In this document: positions 39,919 to 48,245 of the stretch, in pieces
Layout: every line of letters starts with the position of its first letter
Position numbering within the stretch: position 1 is the first letter of the stretch
Source of the DNA: Terriglobia bacterium
GTDB taxonomy: Bacteria > Acidobacteriota > Terriglobia > Bryobacterales > Bryobacteraceae
NCBI GenBank assembly: GCA_963808335.1
Contig: CAWEFR010000005.1
Coordinates: forward strand, 302,683-366,682
Reading direction: 5' to 3'
Length of the DNA stretch: 64,000 bases
Made by a program: the position numbers and the translations under genes
Notes under the pieces: generated by a model
Seen by the model: the letters and a program-made list of their open reading frames with translations, nothing else
Told to the model about the DNA's origin: nothing
Database searches by the model: none

Positions 39919-41970
39919 TCAAGAAACATATTCCCAGGCAGGATCCTTGGGATTAGCAATTTTGATCTTGAGTTTGACGGTGTCACCCGGTTTTGCATCG
40001 AGCGGCACCGCCTGGGAATTCTGAATGGCACCGGCGAGTCCGGACACAGTCTCTTGAGCCTTCCAGCCCCCCTTTCTCGTTTTCTCCTCCAGCAGAACAC
40101 CCTCTACGACGACGCCGACTTTGAGCACGGAAGCGCTAGGAGGCGGGGCCATCGGCGGGGCGATTGACGGCGGCGGAGGCGCCTGAAACGTCTTCATGCG
40201 TTGTGCAATGTTCGTAGCCAGCTCAGTGATAAAGGCTGAGAGAAACTCCCGATTCTTTTCGAAGCCACGCAACTTCTCGGACGGAAACGCGACAACGTTG
40301 GTCTTGAACCCGGAATCGCTCCGGGCCAGATGGAAATGAACCGGAGAAGCGTGCCGATTCAGTTGTTGCAGTTCCGAATCCGGCTCCTTCATTCGGCGCG
40401 GAAGGCCTAGCGCCTTCTTGTCGATTTGGTGCTTGTAACTCTGTGCGAAAGTTTGGATGGCGTCCCCGAGCTGATCGAGCGCATTCCAGGGATCGCGGCC
40501 CGGAAGGTCTATGAACGTAGGACCGAGCATATTTTCGAGACTCGACGAGTAATGCAGGAACCCGAATTGTCTGGTCTGGTAGCCGACAGCCGCCCTGACT
40601 TCCACCGCACGCTGCTTGCATTCTTCGAGACCGGCGAATCCAGTATCTGCCTCGATGCAGCCGAACCCCTTCCTGGACTTTGAGCCGAGTCCACCGAAGT
40701 TTGAAAGCAGCCACAAGGCGGCTCGCGCCTGATCGATCGCTTCCTGGCTGGAGAGTTGGCCGGTTGGATTCGCAATAATGGTGAGCCTCCACTGCGAACC
40801 GGGCTGCACGTAGTGCCGGGCTCTATCTTTCTCATCCATCCCAAAAGTGATGTATGAGAGGCCCTGGATGGCTTTTGCCCGCACTGGCTTCGCCAATCTC
40901 CATCGCGTCGCTTCGTCGGTTTTCCGGTATCGAACAGGAGAGATCTCTCCAATTGGTTCAAGCGAAATGCTGACTGCCGAAGCGAGGTCCTTTTCTTTGC
41001 CGCTGAGGGTAGAACTGACCGTTCCGCCCCAGATCAACCGCTCAAGTTTCAGAAGTTCGGCCAACGCGAGATGTCCAGCGTGCATTGTGCGCCACCACCA
41101 ACGGAGCAAACCGCGTAGCGTCGTCGGTCGCAGTGTACAATCCTCCGGGCCTTGGAGTGCGCCGGCTAGAAAGGCTGGGCTGACCAGCGTCAGCGTGCTG
41201 GTAAAGACGGAACGGCCGCTCGTAGCGGGCAGAGTGGCATCTGTCGTGAAGCGCCCGTAACCTGCGTTGGTCTTCGCTCCAGCGCCGAGCCAAGCGACCG
41301 CCCCGTCGATCCAGGACTGAGCCAAATCCAACAGCCGGTCGTTGTTGTCTGATCTACTACATGCGGCGACGCGGAACTCGAATTCCGTTCGCGGAGCGAC
41401 CGCGAGGAAGTTGACCGGAACTGGATTCTCCCAGTCACCCGGAGGACCGTCGCCACGGTAGTAGTCGCCGTGATGGCTATTTACAATGTCGACGATCAGT
41501 TTCGGCCACTGGACGGGCAGGGCGTCGAAAAAGACCACGCCTCCGGCTGTACCGTCTTTGTTACTGCTTGTGTCTCTTCCGAAGACCGCCTCAATGTCGG
41601 CGGCAGTGGCCCGAGCCACGTTGCGGGCATAGAAACGCGCCATGCCCTTGAGACCCGTTCCCGGCAGGTAGGCAAAGCCATAGACCGGGTGCAGGCTGAG
41701 GCCCGCATTTTCGAACGACCCCACCCGCGATAGATGCATTGTCAGCGGCCCTGCGGTTCGATGCTTCCAGCTCCTCAGTTTGAATTGAGCGAGTGCCTTC
41801 TCCAACCGCTGGCGGACTCGCGACAATAACACCTCATCGTGGTGCGCCTTCGTCACCCGTTCGAGTTGCTTGCGTTGGAAGTCCTTCGGCGACGATGTCT
41901 GCCAGCATTCATGCCACTTGTCCAACAGAAGACCCGGATGCATCTCCGTGTCCGCAGGCAACGCGATCAT
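39919..41970 (-). CDS. cmr6: Cmr6-Cmr1 RAMP fusion with a Pro-rich linker and extra C-terminal beta-rich domain
   Basis: Cmr6 part: GLLLDKW, LHPVYGFAYLPGTGLKGMAR, G-rich loop GAGAKTNAGYGRF. Cmr1 part: LVSPAFLAG, LRPTTLRGLLRWWWRT, FGGLGSKSRKGFG. Tail: APPPPSIAPPMAPPPSA followed by VGVVVEGVLLEEKTRKGGW...KPGDTVKLKIKI. Confidence 0.7.
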   Translation of the reverse strand: MIALPADTEMHPGLLLDKWHECWQTSSPKDFQRKQLERVTKAHHDEVLLSRVRQRLEKALAQFKLRSWKHRTAGPLTMHLSRVGSFENAGLSLHPVYGFAYLPGTGLKGMARFYARNVARATAADIEAVFGRDTSSNKDGTAGGVVFFDALPVQWPKLIVDIVNSHHGDYYRGDGPPGDWENPVPVNFLAVAPRTEFEFRVAACSRSDNNDRLLDLAQSWIDGAVAWLGAGAKTNAGYGRFTTDATLPATSGRSVFTSTLTLVSPAFLAGALQGPEDCTLRPTTLRGLLRWWWRTMHAGHLALAELLKLERLIWGGTVSSTLSGKEKDLASAVSISLEPIGEISPVRYRKTDEATRWRLAKPVRAKAIQGLSYITFGMDEKDRARHYVQPGSQWRLTIIANPTGQLSSQEAIDQARAALWLLSNFGGLGSKSRKGFGCIEADTGFAGLEECKQRAVEVRAAVGYQTRQFGFLHYSSSLENMLGPTFIDLPGRDPWNALDQLGDAIQTFAQSYKHQIDKKALGLPRRMKEPDSELQQLNRHASPVHFHLARSDSGFKTNVVAFPSEKLRGFEKNREFLSAFITELATNIAQRMKTFQAPPPPSIAPPMAPPPSASVLKVGVVVEGVLLEEKTRKGGWKAQETVSGLAGAIQNSQAVPLDAKPGDTVKLKIKIANPKDPAWEYVS

Positions 41971-42422
41971 GATTTGCCGCCCTTGGCAGCATCCGCGAAG
42001 CGCACCAGCCATTCTAGGTACGCGAGCGCCTCAGCCGTGAGTTGCCGCAGGTCTGCCGCCGTGCCGTCTTTGAACTGAATCATTAGCGCATCATCGCTTG
42101 CCTGATTGATCAATTCCCGTTGTCGGCACCAAGCGGTCAAAGCTGCGACCACTTCGCCACCTTCCTTGGCGCGCATGAACGCCACCGTCTGTCCCAGGCC
42201 CGACGCCCGGATCCGGATCGGCATCTTCTTCGCTGGGCCAGCGAACTTATCGTCAAATTTCTTGAGTTCCGCCTTTTCCAGATCCGCGGGGGAAAGCCTC
42301 TTTCCTTTCCGCTCTAGCTCTTCTCGACACTCAGTTGCCAGGCGCTTCTTTCCTTCTTGCACCTCGTCCCACGCGTGCCGTGCGCGCTGTTGAGCCAGGG
42401 TCTGTGGTGCCATCTTAGTCAC
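41967..42422 (-). CDS. cmr5: Cmr5 (type III-B small subunit)
   Basis: 151-aa helical protein. PIRIRASGLGQTVAFM and position between cmr4 and cmr6. Confidence 0.75.
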   Translation of the reverse strand: MTKMAPQTLAQQRARHAWDEVQEGKKRLATECREELERKGKRLSPADLEKAELKKFDDKFAGPAKKMPIRIRASGLGQTVAFMRAKEGGEVVAALTAWCRQRELINQASDDALMIQFKDGTAADLRQLTAEALAYLEWLVRFADAAKGGKS

Positions 42423-43251
42423 CCCCCTTCACTAGGCGGATCGCACAGAGACCCTTGCCCGTCGTCTCGTCCCCACCGATCTGAATAGTCTCGGGCGGCC
42501 GGAAAGCGCCGAGATTCTGCTCGGCTGTGGCCGGTTGGTCACGCCTTCGCGAAGGCGAGGCCAACACAAGAGAGTAGAGGAGGGTTTCCGCTGGCAGAAA
42601 CTCCTGGTAGAAAAGTGCATGCTCCTCCACCGTCTTGGTTTCCTCCTTGAGTTTGATTCGCGCTGTCACTTCGGTGGCATAGGTCGCAAAGTGGGTGAAG
42701 TTCGTATCATCCAGCACGACCAACCGCTTTCGCTCTTCGCTTTCCAAGGCGTCGAAGAAATCGAGAACGGCGAATTTAGCATCGAAGACAAACTCTTCCA
42801 GGATCAGCTTGTTACCGTTGTGAGCACATGGCGATCCTTCCTCAAAGAAGGCGCCTGACTCACCGGGGTCATTGATTTCAGGAAGCGTAATTTGCGCGCC
42901 TACTAGTCCCGAGTCACGTTTCCAACGCTGGATCACTTGTGGGCACGTCACCCAGGCGAAAACGCCCTTGAGACTGCGCACCGGAAATGCAAGGGTTCGC
43001 GCGTCAGTGAACGACAGCGCGCCGGCAGAAGTCCCTTCGTTGTCGCCGGCTCCGAACAAGCGCGGGCGCAGATCTTTTGGCGTGGCCTCCCGAAGAACGC
43101 CCTTGACACTCGATCCGGGAATGACGGGCCAGTTGGTGTGCCGCTCCCGCTGCACCGGCAGATCCACCGCCCCCAGCGCCGTCCCCGAACCGGGGTGTAA
43201 CGGCGTGAGTGCCTGAAGGTACAGAATAGCGCCTACATTATTCGCTGGCAT
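42415..43251 (-). CDS. cmr4: Cmr4 (Cas7-family backbone RAMP)
   Basis: LQALTPLHPGSGTALGAVDLPVQRERHTNWPVIPGSSVKGVLR, FTDARTLAFPVRS, IQIGGDETTGKG. Confidence 0.9.
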   Translation of the reverse strand: MPANNVGAILYLQALTPLHPGSGTALGAVDLPVQRERHTNWPVIPGSSVKGVLREATPKDLRPRLFGAGDNEGTSAGALSFTDARTLAFPVRSLKGVFAWVTCPQVIQRWKRDSGLVGAQITLPEINDPGESGAFFEEGSPCAHNGNKLILEEFVFDAKFAVLDFFDALESEERKRLVVLDDTNFTHFATYATEVTARIKLKEETKTVEEHALFYQEFLPAETLLYSLVLASPSRRRDQPATAEQNLGAFRPPETIQIGGDETTGKGLCAIRLVKGGD

Positions 43252-44296
43252 AGTTCCACGATCCTTTCAAGAAGAAGCCATAGCCCAAACAAACATCTTC
43301 GCGGTCCTCATTCAGACTCCGGACCGTCGGTACGCGGCCCTCGATGAAGAACACAGAACCCGAATCGACCCCGAACCGCGCCGGCTTCGGACCGCCACGA
43401 GCCAAGTCCCACCCGGAGACTGCGTATGGCCCCTCCACGGCTGCCGCCCGGAGTTGCGCATCCGGAATAACATCTGGCTGCCAACCCTTGATAAAGAACC
43501 CGGGGCTCAACAGCAACAGTGACACGCGATCAGCGGAAGCAGCCTCAGGCCACGTTACGAGCGGGACTTTGCGGATGGCGACGTGATGGCGTTCGCCACC
43601 CCAAGCAACAGTGGTTGGAGTGTCGAAGTGGCCCGCCTTGTTTTCCGGCACGTCCGCTTCAGCATAGAAGCCCCAGCCAGGTCTGAGGCGAAGGTTCCGG
43701 GTTGAGTAGATTTCGCCCTCTTTCGACGCGCTGGTATCCGGATCGATGGAGACCCCGGTCCGGTCCTCACGAAGGTAAGACTCGTCGTGGCGACGCACAT
43801 CCTTCGCCTTGAGCGGGCTGTTGCGCAAGTACGCCGTCAACCCCTCGAAGTTGAGCAACTCAGGCCGCTGCTTCGAGGGCTTCTTCCCCTTTCGCCAGAG
43901 CGGGTACATACCAGCGAGCGGTGGCTGCCAGCCGGGGATCATCCGGGCGGCAGGCTGCAGCCGGACAACCTCGCCATCGACAAACCGCAAATCAGCAGGC
44001 GCGGGGATCAATGGTCGTGGCACTGTCCCATCAAGTTCCGCGAGCCAAGGACCGCGGAAGCAGACATCGCCGAGCCACGCCGCCCCAGCGGCGATGAAGG
44101 CCTCGCTCAGGGTCGGCTTCCCTCGCATGGCGGCGAAGTCGGCGTTTTCGCGGTCAAGCAGGAATGTGCGTAGCACTCCAGCCAAAGATTGCGGCGACGG
44201 CAACGACGACTCGCCGGGCAACCCCGCCCCAAACGGTCGGCCGCCACGAAAAAACAAGGTGTCAAGCGGCTCGAATACCAGTCCGATCGTCTTCAT
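43238..44296 (-). CDS. cmr3: Cmr3 (Cas5-like)
   Basis: Start at MKTIGLVFEPLDTLFFRGGRPFGAG...PSPQSLAGVLR. The ORF's upstream 97 codons overlap cas10 and were discarded. Confidence 0.85.
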   Translation of the reverse strand: MKTIGLVFEPLDTLFFRGGRPFGAGLPGESSLPSPQSLAGVLRTFLLDRENADFAAMRGKPTLSEAFIAAGAAWLGDVCFRGPWLAELDGTVPRPLIPAPADLRFVDGEVVRLQPAARMIPGWQPPLAGMYPLWRKGKKPSKQRPELLNFEGLTAYLRNSPLKAKDVRRHDESYLREDRTGVSIDPDTSASKEGEIYSTRNLRLRPGWGFYAEADVPENKAGHFDTPTTVAWGGERHHVAIRKVPLVTWPEAASADRVSLLLLSPGFFIKGWQPDVIPDAQLRAAAVEGPYAVSGWDLARGGPKPARFGVDSGSVFFIEGRVPTVRSLNEDREDVCLGYGFFLKGSWNYASE

Positions 44297-44301
44297 CGCA
44301 A

Positions 44302-46542
44302 TCAGTCCCTTCCCCGAGCGATGAAGCTTGCCGACTGGCACAAGGCCACGAAGTCCTTGAACGCGGGGCCGCTCAGCTGCACAAAGCCGTCCCAATGTTG
44401 GAGAAAACTCATGTCGCGCTTTTCCGAGCGCGCCAGCAATCGCCCGATCTCTGCGCGAAAGGCACCTTCGGGCAGGCCCTCCAACACAGGCAGCTGCCGC
44501 CGAAGCTGATACGTCCACCGATCTGAATACCCATCCCGGAATGTGTCGCATTCGTTCACCAGCGTGGGCACATAATCCCACCCACACGTGGCGAAGCTGT
44601 GCTCACCGCTGCGCCGCAAGATGGCAAGGGTCAAGCGGTCGCGGCCGGCATTTTTGGACCGCTTCTCAGCTTCGCGGACCGAACCAAGAACGTAGCGCAA
44701 ATTCTCCATCTGGTGGGCCAGTACAAGCCCTGCCGAAGTGCTTGCCCGCGCTCCGAGCACATCGAAGGAGGAAAATGCCTTCCGCAACTCATGGGCGCAC
44801 TGAAGTGCAGTGTTCAGGGGCAGCGCAGCGAGAAGGTCGTCGCCTCCGGCGTAGATCACGACTCCGTTGTGCTGCGTCACGATCTCTGGGACGATGCGGA
44901 TCGCGAATCGATTCAGTGCCTCGCTTATAGCCGCGTGCAACGCAGGCGACACCGGGCGCGGAAGACCAAGAGCCTCCTCAGCGGCACCGTTCCGCTCTTG
45001 CCACGCGGCGATCTTCGGATGCAGGACTTTTGAAATCTTCGGCGATTTCTCGCCCGACAGCCATTTGCCCATTTCATCCCCGTCCATCGACAGCAATGCG
45101 TAATAGTGGCAACCATCTCCAGCCCGCCGGCTGAGCTGTTCCGTGTCGGGGAACCGAAAATTCTCGGGATCGATACCCAGGCGGCTCTTGAAGTAGTGCT
45201 GAAACGCGAAACGCTTGGTCAAGGAGATGGCGCTGAGCCGGTCGGAGTCCTTATACATCTTGGGGTACAACCCTGCGAGTGCCTTAAAGAAGTCGGTCGA
45301 TTGAGCGAATTTCGCGGGGCCCATCTGCTCGTACGTTCCGAGAAGCGAACACTTCTCTGGTACCTCTCCATCGGGCTGGTAATCAGGGATGTGACGAATC
45401 CGGGTCGAGGCGTCCATGAGCATAGTTGAAATCTCGATGGAGTTCTGCCACATTCCTGGCTGAGTATCCCCGCACCAACCCAGGCGTTTGATCGGCTCAA
45501 AACGCCCTACCCTTTCCTGTCCCAGCAACGCCGCATGATCGGCGTCCGCTAGGCGGAAAGATATCGTCCGCAGGTCAAAATAGGAACTGATCTGGGCGTC
45601 CCATAGGCGGTCCCAGCCAGGCCAGTCATGGTCGAGCTGAAGCTTCAAACGTGTGCGGACGCTGTTGGCAATCTCAGTCCACTTGGCCTGCACAGCCTGC
45701 CGCGCCTCCGTCATCAGCGTGTCCGCCAACCCATGCGGAATGAGCGCAAGGAACCGATGCGGAATTGAAGGCCGAGAAAGCGGCTGGGACTCAGGTTCCC
45801 CGACTTCGACCCCTTGATGGCGGAGCCAATCGTCCATGAGAGGGACTCCCCGAAGCGCCGGGTAGATCAGCGCGGTCGGCCCGCAGGCATCCAGGATGGG
45901 CTCGATGGCTGCGAACACAAGCGTCGAGAGCAAGTAGCTGCCCGTGAGGAGGTCGCGCAAGCTGCGGGCTGCCTCAATGAAGGGCTGCACAGGACCGATT
46001 TTGAAACTGAGCAGTGCCGGCCCACCTCCTCCGCGTAAGGCCCACGCCATGGCAGCTGTTGAGTCCAGGTGATGCCACAACGTGTGGTCCGGACAGCGCG
46101 TATCGGCGGGTTGCAAACGCAAGCCAGGCCAGCGCTCCGCGAGACGGCCGGGAGCCAATCGCCACAGGGCGAGAAAGCGCGCCATCGGCGAAAGCTCGGG
46201 GCCGACCAAAGCCCGCAAGGCCTCGCCAACTTCGCGTTCGTTCAACGTTATTTCAATCTCTCGCTGCTCCGCACTGAGGGGATGAGAAACCGTAAGTCGG
46301 CCGTCGACCGGCCCTACGCCCAGCTCTTCGTAGCGGTCCCTTGCGTCAGGCATGGGAAGCCGTTCGTAGGCAGACGCCAGTTGGTCGGCAAGGTCCCCCT
46401 TTAGCTCGGCCGGGGTTACCTCGCGATCTAGAATTGCGACTGCGTACCGGAGCGCGCGAGAAAAGTGTCCACGAATGTCGGCCGCCTTGTCAACGGGATC
46501 ATGGAGCCATGCGAGGAGTAGGGTCTCCCACGGTTCGTTCAT
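44302..46542 (-). CDS. cas10: Cas10/Cmr2 large subunit
   Basis: N-terminus LAWLHDPVDKA (compare Pyrococcus Cmr2 YLHDPPDKA). Palm motifs ALLSMDGDEMGKW and VIYAGGDDLLAALP (GGDD intact). Confidence 0.9.
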   Translation of the reverse strand: MNEPWETLLLAWLHDPVDKAADIRGHFSRALRYAVAILDREVTPAELKGDLADQLASAYERLPMPDARDRYEELGVGPVDGRLTVSHPLSAEQREIEITLNEREVGEALRALVGPELSPMARFLALWRLAPGRLAERWPGLRLQPADTRCPDHTLWHHLDSTAAMAWALRGGGGPALLSFKIGPVQPFIEAARSLRDLLTGSYLLSTLVFAAIEPILDACGPTALIYPALRGVPLMDDWLRHQGVEVGEPESQPLSRPSIPHRFLALIPHGLADTLMTEARQAVQAKWTEIANSVRTRLKLQLDHDWPGWDRLWDAQISSYFDLRTISFRLADADHAALLGQERVGRFEPIKRLGWCGDTQPGMWQNSIEISTMLMDASTRIRHIPDYQPDGEVPEKCSLLGTYEQMGPAKFAQSTDFFKALAGLYPKMYKDSDRLSAISLTKRFAFQHYFKSRLGIDPENFRFPDTEQLSRRAGDGCHYYALLSMDGDEMGKWLSGEKSPKISKVLHPKIAAWQERNGAAEEALGLPRPVSPALHAAISEALNRFAIRIVPEIVTQHNGVVIYAGGDDLLAALPLNTALQCAHELRKAFSSFDVLGARASTSAGLVLAHQMENLRYVLGSVREAEKRSKNAGRDRLTLAILRRSGEHSFATCGWDYVPTLVNECDTFRDGYSDRWTYQLRRQLPVLEGLPEGAFRAEIGRLLARSEKRDMSFLQHWDGFVQLSGPAFKDFVALCQSASFIARGRD

Positions 46543-47687
46543 TGAAGTTTCTCTCCCGACGAAACAATCCTGACTTGATCGCTCCGTAGCCGCAACCCAT
46601 ACTTCGTGTTGGGTCGTTGGCTGGTGGCATGAATTCTGTAAACCTCAGCTTGCGCCCCCAGCACCTTTCGCAACAGCGCATGAACTCGCGACTTGTGCTG
46701 GAGAAAGAAGTCCTTGTCCATGCCATGCCGTAGAGCGTAGGCCGTTCGTGAATCGTCGCTGGAGTCGCCAATTATGAGCCGGTATTCCCGCAAGTACTCT
46801 TCGGCTAAGGAGGCGTCTCCATATTCGGGAGGCGGGCAAGCAAGGGGCTCACGTGCCTCGACTGCTCGGCGAGCGAACATCGCGTAGAAAGCCAGGTCGC
46901 CTGGACAGAGCCGTAAGGAGATGCCGCCGCCTTTCGCTTCGTTCCGAATAAGGTCGACAATGAGTTCGGGGGGGCCCAAACTGCGTTGGGCAGCTTCGAC
47001 GGCTTCAATGAATGACGTCCGGCCTGAAAGCAACGATTCTGGCAACCCGTGCCGCAGGCGCACGAACGGGATATCCGCGAGAGTGACCTTTGCCGTTGAC
47101 GTATCCAGTGGGCGGCTATCGGGTGGGGCAGTGTAAATAACATGGCTCTTTCGCGTTGGAAAGAAGAAGCTCGGATGTGACTCGAACGGTGGCGACACAA
47201 GAACATGCGAAAGCCTGTCTTGTGCACGGCCGTACAGCGAAATTGCATAGCCCAAGAAGAAGCCGATAGTCTTTCGTCCGCCGGCTATCGAGACGTGCAG
47301 GGCACCCTCATCGTCCTCTGTGAGTTCCCGGATAAGTTCCGTGATCCCGTCCGCGGCATGCTGGTTGTCCTCGGCTGAGCGGATGTCGTCCAGCGCTTGG
47401 CCTTGGCTGTCTTCAAGGACGACGATCATGCCCGGGTTGAATACGGCGGGCGGCAACTGATACTCGTCCAACAGCCGTTTCAGCCACTTCTGATCGTCGC
47501 CGAGCAGCATCAGCCTCGCTCGATCAGCTCCTTCACGCGTGGTCGCAAGCCTGACTTCCGTTGGAATCCAAGGGTGGGCGGCAGCGACGGCTAGAGCGTA
47601 GAAGGATTCGGTGACCACCTGGGGCGTCAGCCCGGCGGCGACAAGCAGGATGCGGCGCGCGTACTCGCTCGGATCTCCATTTATCAC
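46539..47687 (-). CDS. NE0113/TIGR02584-type CARF protein (Csx14-like) with a ~170-aa C-terminal extension
   Basis: RILLVAAGLTPQVVTESFYAL, LDDIRS.EDN, LHVSIAGGRKTIGFFLGYAISLYGRAQDRLSHVLVSPPFE. ATGA overlap with the cas10 start. Confidence 0.75.
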   Translation of the reverse strand: MINGDPSEYARRILLVAAGLTPQVVTESFYALAVAAAHPWIPTEVRLATTREGADRARLMLLGDDQKWLKRLLDEYQLPPAVFNPGMIVVLEDSQGQALDDIRSAEDNQHAADGITELIRELTEDDEGALHVSIAGGRKTIGFFLGYAISLYGRAQDRLSHVLVSPPFESHPSFFFPTRKSHVIYTAPPDSRPLDTSTAKVTLADIPFVRLRHGLPESLLSGRTSFIEAVEAAQRSLGPPELIVDLIRNEAKGGGISLRLCPGDLAFYAMFARRAVEAREPLACPPPEYGDASLAEEYLREYRLIIGDSSDDSRTAYALRHGMDKDFFLQHKSRVHALLRKVLGAQAEVYRIHATSQRPNTKYGLRLRSDQVRIVSSGEKLQ

Positions 47688-48013
47688 GTTAATCGGTTTA
47701 TTTTAGCGCCATTTTCTACGCAGGAATGCGTTCACAAGCTTGCGACGATAAGCCTTCCCGTGGAAACAGGACTCTCGCCCTCAAACGACTGGCGTCACAG
47801 TGCTGCCCGTCCGGCAGTCTTGTATTGGGGGGTTCCGGTCGCGCTCCCCGGACCTCTGGATCAGCGGACTGGTCTGTGGAAACCCGCGGAGTACGATCTC
47901 TCCATCTCGATCCGGCGAGGATTGCCGGCAACCCCCGTCAACCCGCCTTTTCCAAAGCCCCTTGTCCGGAGTGATCACCAATCCACAATTGACAAGAGGT
48001 AGACTAGGGCTTC

Positions 48014-48229
48014 ATGGCAAAGCAGACAGCCGCATCCGCACCACAGGAGCGACCTTACAAGACCACGGGCGTCCACCTGCCAGCGGATCTTTGGGAACTC
48101 CTCAACCGTGTTGCTTTCGAGCGTGCCAGGTCCCGAGGCGGCCGGGCATCGGTTTCGGCGCTCCTCGTTGAGATGATCGAGCGGCATCGCAAGCAACTCG
48201 AAAAGGAACTGGCTTCCGCAACCCGCTGA
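48014..48229 (+). CDS. Ribbon-helix-helix (CopG/Arc-like) DNA-binding protein
   Basis: 71 aa. TTGVHLPADLWELLNRVAFE...SVSALLVEMIERH fits a beta-alpha-alpha RHH pattern. Confidence 0.5.
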   Translation: MAKQTAASAPQERPYKTTGVHLPADLWELLNRVAFERARSRGGRASVSALLVEMIERHRKQLEKELASATR

Positions 48230-48245
48230 CCCCGCGAGGGAAGAC

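Noticed and set aside
47688-48013. Possible degenerate CRISPR repeats: 'gtggaaac' occurs twice (47760 and 47876) upstream of the cmr operon.
   Set aside because: Only the 8-mer is shared and the flanking 25 nt do not align. The 116-nt spacing does not fit a repeat-spacer unit, and there is no third copy. The other flank (38159-38666) also lacks direct repeats.
47989-48013. A TTGACA hexamer 22 nt before the RHH gene ATG, considered as a promoter -35 box.
   Set aside because: There is no properly spaced -10 element, and it is too close to the start codon. It was not reported as a feature.
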